Shown: in pieces, positions 1 through 10,026 of the stretch
Numbering within the stretch: position 1 is the first letter of the stretch
Layout: each line of letters starts with the position of its first letter
Assembly: GCA_963823335.1 (NCBI GenBank)
Contig: CAWGLD010000006.1
Location: forward strand, 128,314-192,313
Length of the DNA: 64,000 bases
DNA from: an uncultured delta proteobacterium
GTDB lineage: Bacteria; Desulfobacterota; Desulfobacteria; Desulfobacterales; B30-G6
Direction: 5' to 3'
Made by a program: the position numbers and the translations under genes
Notes under the pieces: model-generated
What the model saw: the letters and a program-made list of their open reading frames with translations, nothing else
The model's database searches: none
What the model was told of the DNA's origin: nothing

Positions 1-206
1 AGAAACACTTCGATGAACTCCAGCGAATTCATAAGCATCACGGCGACCCGGTCTCCCTTTTCTATTCCCAGAGACTGCAGCCATGAGGCGGTTCGGTTGG
101 ATCGACCATGCAGCTCACGGTAGGTAATGACACGGTTATTGAAAATGACAGCCGGTTTTTCAGGATGCAGTTCCCGCCATCGTTGCACCCAGAAGGCGAT
201 GTTCAT
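1..206 (-). CDS. AMP-dependent acyl-CoA synthetase/ligase, N-terminal fragment (gene continues beyond window start)
   Basis: Not in the ORF track because it is truncated. Reverse translation from the ATG at complement 206-204 reads MNIAFWVQRWRELHPEKPAVIFNNRVITYRELHGRSNRTASWLQSLGIEKGDRVAVMLMNSLEFIEVF. This is the standard N-terminal layout of adenylate-forming ligases (TYxEL ... GIxKGDRVA ... NSxEFIE). Confidence 0.6.
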   Translation of the reverse strand, partial: MNIAFWVQRWRELHPEKPAVIFNNRVITYRELHGRSNRTASWLQSLGIEKGDRVAVMLMNSLEFIEVF

Positions 207-231
207 TGATTTTATCATTTTGGCATAAATT

Positions 232-268
232 GGTGTTTGTGTTTGTGTTTGGTATTTTGTGTTTGGTG
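232..268. repeat. W5 solo G/T arm (GGTGTTTGTGTTTGG words)
   Basis: 37 nt with no C, built of GTGTTTG/GTATTTT words. It matches the arms at 14246. Confidence 0.6.
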
Positions 269-300
269 CAGGCGTTTGATTACTTGCAAAACACGAAACA

Positions 301-723
301 CTATTTATTTTCAAACCCTTCCCACTTGTCGTCAATCAGTTCGAGCAGTACACCATTCATTTTGTCCGGGTGGATAAAGGCAAATTCACAATCACGGAAG
401 GAACGGGCACCACCGACAAATGGATATGACCTGGGTTCAAGTTCGTCTATGGCCTCCCGGGTGTTGTCGACATTCAGGCTGATCAGCATAATGCCTTCCC
501 CTCTTTTTTCGATGAACTTCGCCACCTCTCCATCGGGGGATGTCGATTCCATCAGCTCAAACCCGACATTGCCAAGCCAGTAACGGGCCACACGTATTTT
601 CTCAGGCTCGTCTACGTAGGCATCATCGGGTTTATCCTTGCCCAGCACCGGCTCCCAAATTTTTCTGGCCGATTCCAGATTCCTGACAGCAATACAGATG
701 TGATCAATTTTGTTGATTTTCAT
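301..723 (-). CDS. methylmalonyl-CoA epimerase / VOC (glyoxalase-fold) family protein
   Basis: 140 aa. The N-terminus KIDHICIAVRNLE and the later GIMLISLNVDN / FAFIHP strands fit the tandem VOC module of small epimerases. It sits between two acyl-CoA ligase genes. Confidence 0.65.
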   Translation of the reverse strand: MKINKIDHICIAVRNLESARKIWEPVLGKDKPDDAYVDEPEKIRVARYWLGNVGFELMESTSPDGEVAKFIEKRGEGIMLISLNVDNTREAIDELEPRSYPFVGGARSFRDCEFAFIHPDKMNGVLLELIDDKWEGFENK

Positions 724-1068
724 AGGTGCCCCCTGTCTTCTTGATTAGAACCTATCTCAAAAATGTCTTTTATCCCAATCTCTGTTTGCATTAAGATGAT
801 GCACTGTACCCCAACCTTAAAAAGCAAGTCAAGTTAGAAGGCTGCGCACCACAGGACGTGTCATCAAATTGGTCTTTCCAGCTTGACATTCACCGGGTTA
901 TCTGTGAGTTATATAGCCTGTATCAAATGTACATTTTCAGATGGATCAATTCCTACAAACCTTATATTCCTGAAGCCAATTTTCTTAAAACATGAAACAG
1001 GCACTTTTAAGTGTCACTATTTCCAATCCGTCATATTATTAACCTGGCAACTAAATAGCTCACAATGC

Positions 1069-1152
1069 GTCATGCCGGACTCGATCCGGCATCCAGTGCC
1101 TTTCTGGATAGCGCTAAAGCTTCACTTCATGCCCCGCCTGCGCGGGAATGAC
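1069..1152. repeat. REP-like palindromic element pair (GTCATGCCGGACTCGATCCGGCAT and CCCGCCTGCGCGGGAATGAC)
   Basis: Two short hairpins. The second is related to the copy at 15838-15864 (GTCATTCCCGCCAAGACGGGAAT). The spurious ORF 883-1215 reads through it (..PRLRGND..). Confidence 0.6.
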
Positions 1153-1241
1153 AGCCTTAACACATTCAATTGCCGGAGTAACACGATCACTGGTGTTCGC
1201 TATACAATCTTCTAACCTACTGAACAGGGAGGGCGTTTACC

Positions 1242-2945
1242 ATGTACGAAGATAGATTCTGGAAAAAAAATTGGGATGAAGGTGTTGATGATTTAGATCC
1301 AAATCTGTTTGAAACGACTTTTGTCACTATTATCGAAAAAGCGTTTCAAGATGTTCCGGATAAAACAGCCATGGGGTTTTTAGGCATCGATATAACTTTC
1401 AGTAAATTGAATGATTATGCCAATCAATTTGCCAACATGCTGATGCTAAATGGTTTCAAAAAAGGGGATGTGGTTGGGATCAACCTGCCAAATATTCCCC
1501 AGTATGTTATCAGCGTTATCGGAACCTTACGGGCGGGTTGCATCGTATCCGGGGTTTCACCACTTCTCTCTGCAGAACAGATCAAGTATCAGCTCAATGA
1601 TCTTGGAAGCACAGGCAAAAAAGTCGCCCTTGTCACCCTCGATGCGATCTTTGCTGGTCATCTTGTAAAAATTGCATCCGACATACCCCAGTTGAAGCTC
1701 GTTGTTGCAACGAGTGTTGCGAGTTTCCTTCCAAAAATCAAACAGTTCATGGGAAAACTTCTAAAAAAAATCCCCAGCGGCAAAGTCACACCGTTGCCTG
1801 GAATCACCGTTCTGGACTACCACAAAGATGTCTTTGCCAGATATAACACCAGGTCGGTTTCCGTCGACTTGACACCGGATGATCTGGGATGGATTCAATA
1901 TACGGGTGGCACAACCGGTGATCCCAAAGGTGCCATGCTGACCCATAGAAACGGGTGTCACAACATTATGAGCATCGCTGCCTGGCTGGGCTGGGCTCGC
2001 AATGAGGGTGTTCTGCTTTCTGGCTTTCCTTTTTTCCATATAGCCGGGCTGACCGTTTGCGAGAGCGCCATCTATATGGGTTGGACACAGGTGCTGATCC
2101 CCAATCCTCGGGACACGGACCACATTTGCAATGAAATGCTGAAATACCACCCTACCAATATGGCCAATGTTCCCTCCCTTTATCAGATGCTGATCGAAAA
2201 CCCAAAATTCCAGGAAATGGACCATGCCAGTCTCGGAACGTGTATTTCTGCGGCAGCCCCCTTTCCAAAGGAGTCTCAAGTAGTTCTGGAGAATATCATC
2301 GGAAAGGGAAAGCTACTGGAACTTTACGGAATGACGGAGACATCACCGGTGTCTACCATGAACCCCTCCAGAGGAAAAAAGAAGCTTGGAACGGTAGGTA
2401 TGCCGTTTTTGAATACGCAAATCAAACTTGTGGACCCGGCTTCGGGGGAAAACGTTCCTCCAGGCGAGCCGGGTGAGGTATGTGTCAAGGGTCCTCTGGT
2501 CATGAAAGGGTATTTCAACAAACCCGAAGCCACGGCCCAGGCTATCGATGCTGATGGATACATGCACACCGGCGATGTGGGTATTATGGACGAAGAAGGT
2601 TACATCAAGATTGTTGACAGAACAAAGGACATGATTATCGTGGGAGGGTTCAAAGTTTTCTCCAGCAAAGTGGAAGACATACTGGCTCAACACCCAGCTA
2701 TTTCCGTACTGGCCCTGATAGGTGTCGAAAACCCCGATCGTCCTGGTTCAGAAATAGTGAAAGCCTATATTCAGTTGACACCTGAAGCCACAAAGGATAC
2801 TGGCGAGGACGCTCTGAAAGAAGACATCATCGAATTTGCCAAGGATAAGTGTTCACCCTATGAAGTTCCCAAGATTATCGAATTCATGGATGAAATACCC
2901 CTGACGGCAGTTGGCAAAATCGATAAGAAGGTGCTGAGGAAATAA
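1242..2945 (+). CDS. AMP-forming acyl-CoA synthetase (FadD-like)
   Basis: 567 aa. AMP-binding signature YTGGTTGDPKGAMLTH and the hinge motif GDVGIMDEEGYIKIVDRTKDMII are present. Confidence 0.85.
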   Translation: MYEDRFWKKNWDEGVDDLDPNLFETTFVTIIEKAFQDVPDKTAMGFLGIDITFSKLNDYANQFANMLMLNGFKKGDVVGINLPNIPQYVISVIGTLRAGCIVSGVSPLLSAEQIKYQLNDLGSTGKKVALVTLDAIFAGHLVKIASDIPQLKLVVATSVASFLPKIKQFMGKLLKKIPSGKVTPLPGITVLDYHKDVFARYNTRSVSVDLTPDDLGWIQYTGGTTGDPKGAMLTHRNGCHNIMSIAAWLGWARNEGVLLSGFPFFHIAGLTVCESAIYMGWTQVLIPNPRDTDHICNEMLKYHPTNMANVPSLYQMLIENPKFQEMDHASLGTCISAAAPFPKESQVVLENIIGKGKLLELYGMTETSPVSTMNPSRGKKKLGTVGMPFLNTQIKLVDPASGENVPPGEPGEVCVKGPLVMKGYFNKPEATAQAIDADGYMHTGDVGIMDEEGYIKIVDRTKDMIIVGGFKVFSSKVEDILAQHPAISVLALIGVENPDRPGSEIVKAYIQLTPEATKDTGEDALKEDIIEFAKDKCSPYEVPKIIEFMDEIPLTAVGKIDKKVLRK

Positions 2946-2950
2946 GGAAA

Positions 2951-2989
2951 GGGTTCGAGGATTCGAGGGGCCAAGGGATCGAGGGGTTG
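2951..2989. repeat. W1 G-rich arm
   Basis: GGGTTCGAGGATTCGAGGGGCCAAGGGATCGAGGGGTTG, starting 5 nt after the TAA of the 1242-2945 gene. Confidence 0.7.
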
Positions 2990-3006
2990 TTTTACCGATG
3001 GAGAAA

Positions 3007-3148
3007 GAATGAACATCCAACGTCCAACGTCCAACATCGAATTTTGAACCGCAACAGCGAGCGCATTCCCCGTAGCTTGTTGCGAGGTTCCTCAATGTTT
3101 CTTTTAATTCGACGTTGGGTGTTTAATGTTTGTTGTTCGACGTTCATC
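3007..3148. repeat. W2 hairpin element with a T13-derived hairpin in its loop
   Basis: The left arm is GAATGAACATCCAACGTCCAACGTCCAACATCGAA. The right arm is TTCGACGTTGGGTGTTTAATGTTTGTTGTTCGACGTTCATC. The loop carries GAACCGCAACAGCGAGCGCATTCCCCGTAGCTTGTTGCGAGGTTCCTCAAT. Confidence 0.75.
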
Positions 3149-3209
3149 TTTTAAAAAATATGACATTATAACAATTCTACCTTATGAATGGTAATAGGCC
3201 CCATTAAAC

Positions 3210-4634
3210 ATGATCAATAAAACCAAAATAGTCGCTACGCTGGGTCCTGCATCCAACAGCCGGTCGGTAATTCAAAAAATGATTGAGGCTGGAATGAATG
3301 TTGTCCGTCTCAACTTTTCACATGGGACTTATGAAACCCACACAGAGTCCATCAAGCTGATTCGTTCGCTTTCACGTACAATGAACCGGCATGTCGGTAT
3401 TCTTCTCGATCTGCAGGGGCCTAAAATCAGAACCGGTAAACTGAAAGACGGTGAACCGATCTACCTAGAAACCGGAAAAACGATTCAAATAACGACTCAG
3501 GATATCGTCGGTACAACGGATAAAATATCAGCAACCTACGCGGACCTGGCCAATGACACAAAAAAGGGCGACACCATTCTTCTGGACGATGGTCTGCTTG
3601 AACTTGTGGTTATGTCCAAGAGAAAGGATGTCATAACCTGCAGGATTCGCAATGGTGGCTGGCTCAAAGAAAACAAGGGCATCAACCTGCCCGGGGTCTC
3701 GATAAGCGCGCCTTCTCTGACGCCAAAAGACGTCAGGGACTTGAATTTCGGTATCAAGATGAGTGTCGATTTCTTCGCCCTTTCCTTTGTCCGAAGTGCC
3801 GACGACGTGATGGAGATCAAGAAGCACATCCGCAAACAAGGACAAGACACACCGGTTATCGCTAAGATCGAGAAACCAGAAGCTGTCGACAACCTGGACG
3901 CCATACTGAAAGTTGCCGATGGCATCATGGTGGCCAGGGGTGATCTCGGCGTCGAGATGAAGCCCGAGAAAGTACCCACAATTCAAAAAACAATCATCAA
4001 AGCCGCCATCCTGGCCAACAAACCTGTTATTACGGCGACACAAATGCTGGAAACCATGTCTGTCAACCCAATTCCCACCAGGGCTGAGGCATCCGATGTA
4101 GCCAATGCCATTTATGACGGCACAGATGCGGTCATGCTTTCCGGTGAGACCGCCACGGGTAAGTATCCTGTGGAATCAGTCGGTATGATGACAAGAATTG
4201 CTGCCCGAACCGAGTGTTCGGTGTTCATGAAATACAATCGCAAACATAAGTGTGTCCCGGACGACCCGGTAGCACATGCTGTTTCCCGGTCTGCGGTGAA
4301 AATTCTGCACGAGCTCAACGCAAAAGGAATTCTGGCCTTTTCCGTGTCAGGCAACACGGCCAGGCTGATTTCCAAAAACCGCCCTTCCGAACCTGTTTTT
4401 GCTTTTTCACCCAGTCTGCCGACCTGCAATCAACTGACCCTTGTCTGGGGTGTCACACCACTCTATTTGCCCAATATCAAGGATGCACAGCAACTCATTA
4501 AAGCCAGCGTGCGCATAATGATCCATAAGAAGCTGACCAAGGTCAATGATCTCATCGTGATTGTTATCGGACTTGGGTTTAAAAAAGGATCCACCAATGT
4601 GATAAAGATCCATCGAATCGGCCAGGACGACTAA
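3210..4634 (+). CDS. pyk: pyruvate kinase
   Basis: 474 aa. TKIVATLGPAS, MNVVRLNFSHG and MVARGDLGVE motifs are present, with typical length. Confidence 0.95.
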   Translation: MINKTKIVATLGPASNSRSVIQKMIEAGMNVVRLNFSHGTYETHTESIKLIRSLSRTMNRHVGILLDLQGPKIRTGKLKDGEPIYLETGKTIQITTQDIVGTTDKISATYADLANDTKKGDTILLDDGLLELVVMSKRKDVITCRIRNGGWLKENKGINLPGVSISAPSLTPKDVRDLNFGIKMSVDFFALSFVRSADDVMEIKKHIRKQGQDTPVIAKIEKPEAVDNLDAILKVADGIMVARGDLGVEMKPEKVPTIQKTIIKAAILANKPVITATQMLETMSVNPIPTRAEASDVANAIYDGTDAVMLSGETATGKYPVESVGMMTRIAARTECSVFMKYNRKHKCVPDDPVAHAVSRSAVKILHELNAKGILAFSVSGNTARLISKNRPSEPVFAFSPSLPTCNQLTLVWGVTPLYLPNIKDAQQLIKASVRIMIHKKLTKVNDLIVIVIGLGFKKGSTNVIKIHRIGQDD

Positions 4635-4671
4635 ATACTTTTTAGAAAAATTTTTTGCAGCAACATATCCA

Positions 4672-5007
4672 ATGGCTATCATGACACTGCACAAAAAACG
4701 AACAGCTTTTTTTCTGATTGCGGGAACACTCGCCATACTTATGCTGTCAGGGACCTTGTCTAGCGCCAAAGATATCACTGGAAACTGGCAGGCGGCAGAT
4801 CTGAAAGAGAACAAAAATTTTTTGTTCTCTTTTGGACCTGAGCATGATTTTTTTATCGAGCCGGAAGTCAATGCTGTGTTTATTGGTGTCGATACCGATC
4901 CATCTCATGCGGACAACGAGGATAACGAGGATAATGAGGATGTCGATTGGAATGTCTATGCAAGCTGCTTTATAACGGGACTGGCGGGTATTTTTGGTTC
5001 ACCATAA
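4672..5007 (+). CDS. hypothetical exported protein with DNE tripeptide repeat
   Basis: 111 aa. The N-terminus is signal-peptide-like (FFLIAGTLAILMLSGTLSSA). An internal DNEDNEDNED is encoded by a 9-nt tandem repeat at about 4912-4940. No recognisable family. Confidence 0.35.
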   Translation: MAIMTLHKKRTAFFLIAGTLAILMLSGTLSSAKDITGNWQAADLKENKNFLFSFGPEHDFFIEPEVNAVFIGVDTDPSHADNEDNEDNEDVDWNVYASCFITGLAGIFGSP

Positions 5008-5070
5008 ACCTGTGTCCGTTCGATGTTCATTCGTTTTTAGCACCCAGTTATCACCCCAGATATATGGACC

Positions 5071-8000
5071 TTAGACTCTCACCTCCAGACAGTCTTCAGC
5101 CAGTATGCTTCCCAGCGTCTCCACGACATCATCGGCATTCTGCTCTGAAAAAACCATGGGCGGTTTCAGTTTCAGAACATTGTGCAGCGGACCATCTGTG
5201 CTGATCAAAATACCGTGCTCCCGTAATCGGTTGATAATATAGCTCGCCTCTTCCGCGGCTGGTTCCAGGGTTTCACGATTTTTTACCAGTTCCACGCCGA
5301 CAAAAAGTCCCTGACCGCGAACATCACCGATCAACGAAAAGCGCTGCTTTAATTTCTTGAAACCCGCTATCAAGCGATGCCCGACAATTCGTGCATTTTC
5401 CTGCAAGTGTTCTTTTTCAATGACATCCAAGACGGCCATGCCGATGGCACATGAAACTGGGTTCCCTCCAAAGGTATTGAAATATTCCATGCCGTTATGA
5501 AACGCTGCTGCTATCTTCGGGGTCGTAACCACCACCGCCATGGGATGCCCATTGCCGATGGGTTTTCCCAGCGTGACAATATCCGGTACGACGTCCTGGG
5601 TTTCAAACGCCCAGAAATGACTTCCAACGCGCCCAAAACCGACTTGGACTTCATCGGCGATACAGACGCCCCCGGCATCCCTGACATGCTGGAAAGCCTC
5701 TTTAAGATAGTTGTCCGGGAGTACAACCTGGCCGCCGCATCCCAGAACGCTCTCACAGATAAAGGCTGCTACGCCATTGCCCTGGGAGGCCACACGGCCG
5801 ATGGCTTTTTTTACATCATGCGCGTATGCTGAACCTATATCGCCACCCTGGCCCTTGAAGGGCCCTCGGTATCCATCCGGCATCTTCACCGTATGTACCC
5901 AGGAGGGGGCTCCGCTACCACCGGGACCAGCATGCTTGTATGGACTGATATCCACAAGCAGATTGGTATTACCATGATAGGCGCCCTCCACCGTAATGAT
6001 ATCTCTTTGCCCTGTATAGGTGCGTGCCAATCGGAAGGCCAGTTCATTGGCTTCACTCCCGGTGCACACAAAAAAGCAGACACGCAACGGCTCGGGAAAT
6101 TTGGACAGCAGTTTTTGGGAGTACGTGATAATATGGTCATGCAGATATCGGGTATTGGTATTGAGTATTCCCATCTGACGTTGTCCGGCGGCAACCACCT
6201 CGGGATGGCAATGCCCCACATGCGTGACATTGTTGACACCGTCCAGATAGGCCTGACCGTTCTGGTCGATGAGGTATTGCCCCCTGCCCCTGACAATTTT
6301 CAGGGGTTCGCTATAGGAAATGCTGTAATTTTTACCGATGTGTTCATTTCGAAAGTCAAGGATTTCCTCCCGGCTCCTTCCCCGTACCGGGAACATACTG
6401 TCGGGTATCCTCAATATCAGGTTAGGATCCGGCGAAAGCGCCTTCCACAACCGTTTCTGGCTTGGGGGAGCCACTCCTTTGTAATTTCCTGTTTCACCCA
6501 GCATGTCCGTAATGATCTGAAAATGAAGATGGGGCGGCCAGCCGCCGTTGACAAGGGTGTCACCAATTTCCGCAAATTTCTTGCCGCAAGCAATCACCTG
6601 GCCGACACTGAGATTTTCCAGAGACGCCAGGCTCAAATGACCGTAAAGTGTGTAGAAGGTGAATCCGTCTTGGGTTTCATGTGAAAGGATGATGGTCGGT
6701 CCGAAGTCATACGCAGCGGCGTTATTGTTAAAACTGTGAACCTTTCCATCATAAAAGGCCCGGATGCTGGATCCGGGCGCCATATATAGGTCGATACCCA
6801 TATGAATCGTACGCATTTCAGACATCTGATCACGCAGTTGCCTGTATGCATCTGAAATATATATGGCTCTGGGCTCACCGTAACAGCCGATACCAATGAC
6901 GGCATCGTTCTTACGAAGCTGCCCGAAAATAGCCTGAGACATGTCCGAGACGTCGTTTTGGCTTGCGACACTATTGACCAGCGGGCTTTCAACACTCAGA
7001 TCGAGCACCATGGATGACCCTTTTCCAGCAGCCGGGTCCACCAGCGGTTCAAAGCGGTCCTTATTGTCCTCAAGCCATTCAATTATTTTTTGCGCGTGAG
7101 GTACCGGTGACATATTGCAGGCATCCCGGAAATGGTATTCAGCAAGTCGCGGGTGAACGTCACTGAGTTGCCTGAGCAGCGTCCAGGCCGGTTTTTCGGA
7201 TATTTGCAGATAGGCGTTGTCCGGTGCCAATCGGGATTGATGGGCGGAGTGGCACACACTCATGCATAATCGCATCAGAATCAGATCCAACAGGACAGAA
7301 AGCTCCATGTCCTCCAGGGGATGCGCCTGGTGATATCCGGCCACAACAGGTTTTACGGCGGAAAGCGGATCTTTTTTATCCATCATGGCATAAGCACATA
7401 CAATGGCCAGTTCATTTATCGTGTGTGTATAAACCATATCACCATAGTCGATGACACCGTCTACCCTGTTTTTCCAGGTGCGATGCGGTGCAACCAGGAT
7501 ATTGTTATCATTACCGTCGTTGTGGATAACGCTCTGTCGCAAGCGGCTTAGTTTTGGCTGGGTGTGCGACTGGTAGCGTGTCAGGAACTTACGGATCATG
7601 GCTTGATTCTCTTTGTCACAAACCATTTCAATCAGACTTTCGATGACCTGGGGTGCCTGCTTGAGATCCCAGTGAAATATCCGGTGAGCCCCAGGATGAT
7701 CAAAGCTGCTGAGGGCAGCATCCAGACATCCGAGGAAAAGACCCAAGCTTTTCAGAAGACCGGCATCATGCGGCTTTACCTTTGAAAATGGCTTTCCAGG
7801 CAGATAGGACAGCATGCGTACATAATGGCTGTCACCTGCAGCGCTGGTAACAGTGTCGATACGTTCCCCATTCCGGGTTGTGCATATCTCGGGACATACG
7901 CACACACCCTCGGGGAATGTATCTTTGTGACGATTCACGTGGATCATGGCCTGGTTTTGAAATTCCAGTGCCTGTTTTTCTTCTGTTTTATTGGCGATCT

Positions 8001-8160
8001 TGAGGACGTATTCATTCAGCTCTTTTGTCTGAACATGAAAATTCTGATCCCGTTCGCTGGGAAGCTGCCTGAATACGCCGCGAATCCCGAAAAGATCCTT
8101 TGCGATCTGCTCTGCTTCTGTCGCGGAGAATCGAGGAGCATAGGATACGACTGATGGCAT
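5071..8160 (-). CDS. tri-domain protein: aminoglycoside/homoserine-kinase-like phosphotransferase + M23 metallopeptidase domain + class-III PLP aminotransferase
   Basis: 1029 aa. The N-terminal kinase fold has HNDGNDNN and IDYGDM. The central M23 motifs are HMGID (HxxxD) and HLHFQI (HxH). The C-terminal aminotransferase has [22 protein letters not shown] and [11 protein letters not shown] (PLP lysine). Confidence 0.85.
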   Translation of the reverse strand: MPSVVSYAPRFSATEAEQIAKDLFGIRGVFRQLPSERDQNFHVQTKELNEYVLKIANKTEEKQALEFQNQAMIHVNRHKDTFPEGVCVCPEICTTRNGERIDTVTSAAGDSHYVRMLSYLPGKPFSKVKPHDAGLLKSLGLFLGCLDAALSSFDHPGAHRIFHWDLKQAPQVIESLIEMVCDKENQAMIRKFLTRYQSHTQPKLSRLRQSVIHNDGNDNNILVAPHRTWKNRVDGVIDYGDMVYTHTINELAIVCAYAMMDKKDPLSAVKPVVAGYHQAHPLEDMELSVLLDLILMRLCMSVCHSAHQSRLAPDNAYLQISEKPAWTLLRQLSDVHPRLAEYHFRDACNMSPVPHAQKIIEWLEDNKDRFEPLVDPAAGKGSSMVLDLSVESPLVNSVASQNDVSDMSQAIFGQLRKNDAVIGIGCYGEPRAIYISDAYRQLRDQMSEMRTIHMGIDLYMAPGSSIRAFYDGKVHSFNNNAAAYDFGPTIILSHETQDGFTFYTLYGHLSLASLENLSVGQVIACGKKFAEIGDTLVNGGWPPHLHFQIITDMLGETGNYKGVAPPSQKRLWKALSPDPNLILRIPDSMFPVRGRSREEILDFRNEHIGKNYSISYSEPLKIVRGRGQYLIDQNGQAYLDGVNNVTHVGHCHPEVVAAGQRQMGILNTNTRYLHDHIITYSQKLLSKFPEPLRVCFFVCTGSEANELAFRLARTYTGQRDIITVEGAYHGNTNLLVDISPYKHAGPGGSGAPSWVHTVKMPDGYRGPFKGQGGDIGSAYAHDVKKAIGRVASQGNGVAAFICESVLGCGGQVVLPDNYLKEAFQHVRDAGGVCIADEVQVGFGRVGSHFWAFETQDVVPDIVTLGKPIGNGHPMAVVVTTPKIAAAFHNGMEYFNTFGGNPVSCAIGMAVLDVIEKEHLQENARIVGHRLIAGFKKLKQRFSLIGDVRGQGLFVGVELVKNRETLEPAAEEASYIINRLREHGILISTDGPLHNVLKLKPPMVFSEQNADDVVETLGSILAEDCLEVRV

Positions 8161-8387
8161 TGGGTTTTCCCTTTGTCCTTAATTATTGGAGATAATAGTT
8201 GAGCCCCGGGCGGCAAGAAATAAGCTGCTTGAATCTTAATTATTTACTGTTTAGGGTTTTTACCACAAACCATTACAAATAAAAACAGCAGGATTTTGCT
8301 GAGCAAAGAAACAATTAAATCTGTCAATTTTGCCATGAATACGATAGATAAGAACAAAAGAGACTTTTATTGACAGGGAGATGAATC

Positions 8388-9287
8388 ATGAATACGAAAA
8401 ATTCCACTGTATCACTTCTCGTTACCGAAAACAGGAATACCGGTGTCGGTCTCTGTATCGACGCTCTGGGTATTAATCCTGTAATAAACAAGAACGTGCT
8501 CATCAAACCCAATTTCAACACGGCAGACCCCGCTCCGGGGTCCACCCACAACGACACCCTTGTTTCGCTCATAAAAAAAGTTTGGGACATGGGGGCCAGA
8601 TCCATCAGAATCGGAGAACGTAGCTATCCATTGACCTCTCAAGTCATGGACCAGAAAGGTATCCGTCCGCTTCTTAAAGACCTGGATGTCGATGTTGTGG
8701 ATTTTGATACATTGGACAAAAAAGACTGGATAAAGATTGACCCGGTCGATACGCACTGGCGGGATGGATTCCGGGTGGCCAGACCTGTTCTGGAGGCGGA
8801 ATGCCTGATTTCCACCGGTTGCCTGAAGACACACCAGTTTGGTGGTGTGTTTACCTTATCCCTCAAACTCCACGTGGGGGTCGTTCCCACAACCCGTCAT
8901 GGGTTTGACTACATGACCGAACTTCACACATCTTCTCATCAGAACAAACTGATCGCTGAAATCAACCAGCCTTTTCAACCTGATCTGGTTTTGATCGATG
9001 GCATCGATGCTTTTGTGGATGGCGGTCCTGCCACAGGAAAACACGTCCAGGGAAACCTTCTGCTGGCATCAACTGATCGTGTCGCCATGGATGCAGCAGG
9101 TGTTGCCGCACTAAAAACGCTTGGCAGCAACCGGGCGATCATGCAAACCAGGATTTTCGATCACGAGCAGATCGCCAGGGCAGCTGAAATCGGTATTGGC
9201 GTGACTTCCGTTGAGCAGATTGAACTTGTCCCTGTCACAAAAGAAAGCCGTCCGATCCGGGACAAAGTTCTGGCCCAGTTAATTTAA
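8388..9287 (+). CDS. DUF362 domain protein
   Basis: 299 aa. VLIKPNFN, CLKTHQFGGVFTLSLK and ASTDRVAMDAAG match the recalled DUF362 pattern. Confidence 0.65.
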   Translation: MNTKNSTVSLLVTENRNTGVGLCIDALGINPVINKNVLIKPNFNTADPAPGSTHNDTLVSLIKKVWDMGARSIRIGERSYPLTSQVMDQKGIRPLLKDLDVDVVDFDTLDKKDWIKIDPVDTHWRDGFRVARPVLEAECLISTGCLKTHQFGGVFTLSLKLHVGVVPTTRHGFDYMTELHTSSHQNKLIAEINQPFQPDLVLIDGIDAFVDGGPATGKHVQGNLLLASTDRVAMDAAGVAALKTLGSNRAIMQTRIFDHEQIARAAEIGIGVTSVEQIELVPVTKESRPIRDKVLAQLI

Positions 9288-9432
9288 ACTTGACGCTTTC
9301 TCCATATCTCGTGTATGGTTTTTCAGTCATCCTAAATTACAACTATGTGTACAGGTCACGATTCGGACAGGCATTAACAACAATTAATTTGATCCACTCA
9401 CCCAGACTTGTCAAAAGACATGAGGGAGTGAA

Positions 9433-9990
9433 ATGAAAAAATTTATTGTCGCTGCCGCTTTAGTAGGTTTCGGCGTATTCGTTGCGTTTCCCCTGTTCAG
9501 CCTCAGTTATTACACCATGGTCCGGACCTCCACACCCCAATTTTGTGCATCTTGCCACGAAATCAAATTCGCTTACAATACCTGGAAAACATCCACTCAT
9601 GTCAACAATGCCCAGGGTTTTGTGGCGGACTGCATGGACTGCCACCTTCCTGCCCCGCATGATACATTCAATTTTTTTTATGCCAAGACAGTCCACGGTA
9701 TCAAAGATATTTACATCCATCTTACACAAGACATGAGTCAATATGATCATGCCCTTCAGAAAGAGAAAGCCTACGCTTCATTCAAGAATGAACAATGCCA
9801 GAAATGCCATCGCAATATTCTTTATATACCCGACAAACGCGGGGCCATGCTGGCGCATCGATCCGTTCTGTACGCAAGACCAGGGTATGAAAAAAAATGT
9901 GTGGATTGCCATAAAAATCTGGTTCACAATCAGAAACCTATTTATGAATACAAGCAATACAAAACAGTTTATCGAGGGTTGGGCATTTGA
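9433..9990 (+). CDS. membrane-anchored tetraheme cytochrome c, NapC/NirT/NrfH family
   Basis: 185 aa. There is an N-terminal TM helix and four CxxCH motifs (CASCH, CMDCH, CQKCH, CVDCH). It lies immediately upstream of the octaheme gene. Confidence 0.85.
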   Translation: MKKFIVAAALVGFGVFVAFPLFSLSYYTMVRTSTPQFCASCHEIKFAYNTWKTSTHVNNAQGFVADCMDCHLPAPHDTFNFFYAKTVHGIKDIYIHLTQDMSQYDHALQKEKAYASFKNEQCQKCHRNILYIPDKRGAMLAHRSVLYARPGYEKKCVDCHKNLVHNQKPIYEYKQYKTVYRGLGI

Positions 9991-10026
9991 CCCGCATATT
10001 TCAGAACAAATGAAAGGGGGAGGATT

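Noticed and set aside
883-915. A promoter for the 1242 ligase gene at TTGACA (883-888).
   Set aside because: The best -10-like hexamers (TTATAT, TATATA) lie 20-21 nt downstream, outside the acceptable spacer range.
883-1215. ORF-track ORFs that lie wholly or mainly in intergenic repeat DNA (883-1215, 12997-13248, 13029-13358, 20902-21141, 20915-21136, 24242-24433, 43641-43898, 43732-44043, 55290-55670, 55480-55896, 56605-56823, 60977-61171, 63120-63356).
   Set aside because: Their translations are just read-through of word repeats or palindromes (for example NTKYKTPNTRPNERNKPNKLNERNKPNK, or PSNPRPLQPSNP-like strings). They occur on both strands of the same repeat and lack start context or any family resemblance.
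2951-3148. The possibility that the word-repeat regions are CRISPR arrays.
   Set aside because: The repeated units are only 7-9 nt, contiguous and degenerate. There are no unique spacers of constant length, and the two halves are mutually complementary (hairpin arms). No cas genes are present in the window.
5893-6684. Long antisense or out-of-frame ORFs inside well-supported genes (for example 5893-6684, 26813-27475, 30227-31027, 32316-33104, 35862-36680, 41728-42627, 46965-47615, 57488-58402).
   Set aside because: Each is fully overlapped by a gene on the other strand or frame that has clear family motifs. The shadow ORFs have low-complexity, Arg/Gly/His-rich composition typical of antisense frames.
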